Source: Antedon mediterranea (taxonomy: Eukaryota; Animalia; Echinodermata). Taken from it: a stretch of 64,000 nucleotides of DNA. A model generated the notes under the pieces. That model ran no database searches. It was not told where the DNA came from and was given only the letters and a program-made list of their open reading frames with translations. Both the position numbers and the translations under genes were made by a program. Location: NCBI RefSeq assembly GCF_964355755.1, contig NC_092674.1:14012001-14076000 (forward strand), read 5' to 3'. Positions 61,950-64,000 of the stretch are shown piece by piece (the stretch's first letter is position 1; each line of letters starts with the position of its first letter).

Positions 61950-62521
61950 ATGTGCCTCTCAGCTTTCACCAATAGGCCTAATAAGCCAGCTTTTCCAGTG
62001 TTCACTGAACACGGGGGTGTGGTACCTGATCTATGGAAGGTCTCTGAGATTATACCTGTTCCGAAATGTGTAACCCTAAATCATTAACGACTTCAGACCA
62101 GTGGCATTAACATCTATTCTAATGAAGATCCTTGAGAAAATTGTTAGAAGTCAACTAATGTCTGAATGTAGTGATTTTATGGATAATAACCAATTTGCAT
62201 ATCAATGTAATAGAGGGGTCGATGATGCTATTATAACCTTGTTAGACATGGTGGTTTCACATTTAGATAAGAAGGGGACCTATGCTCGAGGGCTATTCAT
62301 AGACTTTTCATCTGCATTTAATTTGATGCAGCCTCATATATATTAATGAATAAAATGTCTGAATGGAAGGTTAATCCTTACCTTGCTCTATGGGTTGGTG
62401 ATTTTCTTACAAATCGGCTACAGTAGGCCTATGTTAAAGTTGGTAAATCTATCTCAGAGATTAGAAGGATCAACACTGGTGCACCCCAGGGGTGTTGTCT
62501 GTCACCAAGTTTATTTACAAT

Positions 62522-62838
62522 ATAATATATATTATATAACACCTATATAAATTCCTGTCATTTGATTGGACGAATGTGGGTCACATGGCGTGCAATAGTA
62601 CGCACTATTCAACGATCGTTAAATAGTACTTTTTGAAACATTTTTGTTTGTTATTTAGATGTTATATAAAACAAATAATGAATGTTTTGTATTCGTGTAA
62701 TGGTACAAATAATGGCACTTGGTGAATGATGAAAGGTTATATCAACTCGGCTTTGCCTCGTTGATATACGGTAACCTTTCATCATTCACCTCGTGCCATT
62801 ATTTGTACCATTGCACTCATAAACATTCATTATTTGTA
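62522..62838. mobile_element. Small hairpin-ended insertion (Crypton-like non-autonomous element)
   Basis: Inserted at TATA within LFTI|YTSEC of the LINE. Near-perfect palindrome 62671-62837 centred on CTCGGCTTTGCCTCG. Confidence 0.65.
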
Positions 62839-63228
62839 TACTAGTGAATGTCGATCTTCATGTAGAATGTGTCATATTATAATCAAATACGCAGATGACA
62901 TGGTACTGATTGGTCTATTGAAAAATGCTGACGATCATGTGTATAAGGCTGAATATGTTAAATTAATGTCAAGGTGCAATGACAATTACAATGAATAATT
63001 AAGGTGACAATACTAATCTTTACTCAGTTCATTAAAAATCATTACTATTTCAAAATTAACATATCTTCATCTTCTATTTTTTTTTTTTTTTTCGCATTGT
63101 TGTATAAAACGACTTTTAAACCACCGATTTTGACGGTTTTCTTCGCCGCACGCCCCACCTACCGACTATGACCTTTACATGACCTTTAGCGGAAATGACA
63201 CATAAGCACAGAGTTTTAGCATTTTAAA

Positions 63229-63440
63229 ATGCCTCGTTGTGTAGCTGCTGGTTGTGACAACAACCATACACACAATGTGAACTTCCATAAGTTCCCAAAA
63301 GATGAAATTTTGAGGAAGAAGTGGACTAATGCCGTTTCGAGAACACGGAGCAATTTCCAAGCTTCGGCGCGCATATTCGGTCCTATGTAGCGATCATTTT
63401 CTGGAGACGGACTACGAGGCAAGTTGCAAGTTCAATTAGG
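63229..63440 (+). pseudogene. THAP-domain gene fragment, probably of a Kolobok-like transposon starting at ~63003
   Basis: MPRCVAAGCDN...FHKFPKDEILRKKWTNAV...(frameshift)AYSVLCSDHFLETDYE = C2CH THAP signature. Upstream TTAA|GGTGACA at 62999-63009 interrupts the LINE. Confidence 0.82.
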
Positions 63441-63469
63441 ATGAGTGGCAACAATTATATGCGGCTGGT

Positions 63470-64000
63470 ACAGGCCCGTATGCAGCATTTATAATGGGGG
63501 GGTGCGAGCGAAGCGAGCAACAATGGCTGGGGGCCAGGGGGCCGCCAAGGGCCCCCGGTCAGGGTCCAGGGGCCGAAGGCCCTGGAAAAATTTGCGTTAT
63601 TTGACGTTCTAAAGACTGATGTAAGACTCTCTGTTGTGGCTTGGGCTAGTTGAACGATGGACACCAGAACTTAACGCTTTCATGATGAGGCCAACTCAGC
63701 AGGGGTGGCGCCAGGATCTTCCCGACGCGGGGGCTACATTCCCCGACGAGGGTTCTATGCGAGCGAAGCGCGCATCACTAGGCTGAGGGCCAGGGGCCGC
63801 CAAGAGCCCCCGGTGGAGTCCAGGGGGCGAAGCCCCCGGAAGCAACGCGTTCTAGCGTCATTTGAGGTCTTTTTAATCAGATTTAGGGTAGCCATTTTTT
63901 CCATTTTTTATAATGCATAAATAAAATACTGCGTGCAAAAAAACGATGCGCGATGACTGTTTCAATCCATATTTTTCAATTTAAAAAATAAAAGTTCAAA
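63470..64000 (+). mobile_element. Two nested GC-rich hAT-like MITE left ends
   Basis: CAGGCCCGTA... (63470) and CAGGGGTGGCGCCAGG... (63700), sharing GCGAGCGAAGCG and CCAGGGGCCGCCAAG.GCCCCCGGT..G.GTCCAGGGG motifs. Confidence 0.6.

Larger units (their letters stand above)
59900..62995 (+). mobile_element. Rex1/Babar-like LINE, interrupted by two insertions and degenerate
   Basis: KPWLTKDV, QAWNGVRKITG, KAKGPDGVSGRLIRSC/ASQLSP, DFRPVALTS, DNNQFAYQCNRGVDDA, IDFSSAFN, TGAPQGCCLSPSLFT, IKYADD. Related to the 2891-5446 element. Confidence 0.9.

Overview
AT-rich, intron-containing eukaryotic (animal, probably marine invertebrate) genomic DNA. It is dominated by nested transposable elements, and I see no prokaryotic operons, rRNA genes or CRISPR array. 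The only host gene I can support is a minus-strand ankyrin-repeat gene with one 99-bp phase-0 exon per repeat (36086-35988, 28540-28442, 16036-15938), plus two degenerate upstream exons. Elements in and around it: (1) a full-length Gmr1-like Ty3/gypsy LTR retrotransposon with PR-INT-RT-RH order, SCAN-like gag, tRNA-Leu PBS and a TIR element inserted in its YIDD motif; (2) a 9.1-kb CACAG-ended EnSpm/CMC-like transposon with satellite arrays at both ends and two divergent intron-containing pseudogenes; (3) Rex1/Babar-, CR1- and RTE-like LINEs; (4) hAT, Kolobok/THAP, Harbinger-, Helitron- and Crypton-like non-autonomous elements; (5) several minisatellites. The most unusual signal is a recurrent TA->TAGGCCTA micro-insertion, alongside the classic TA->TACAGTA/TACTGTA. 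It can be shown by comparing paralogous copies and reading frames, and it looks like the excision scar of an unidentified TA-targeting element. All family assignments come from motif recognition, not database searches.
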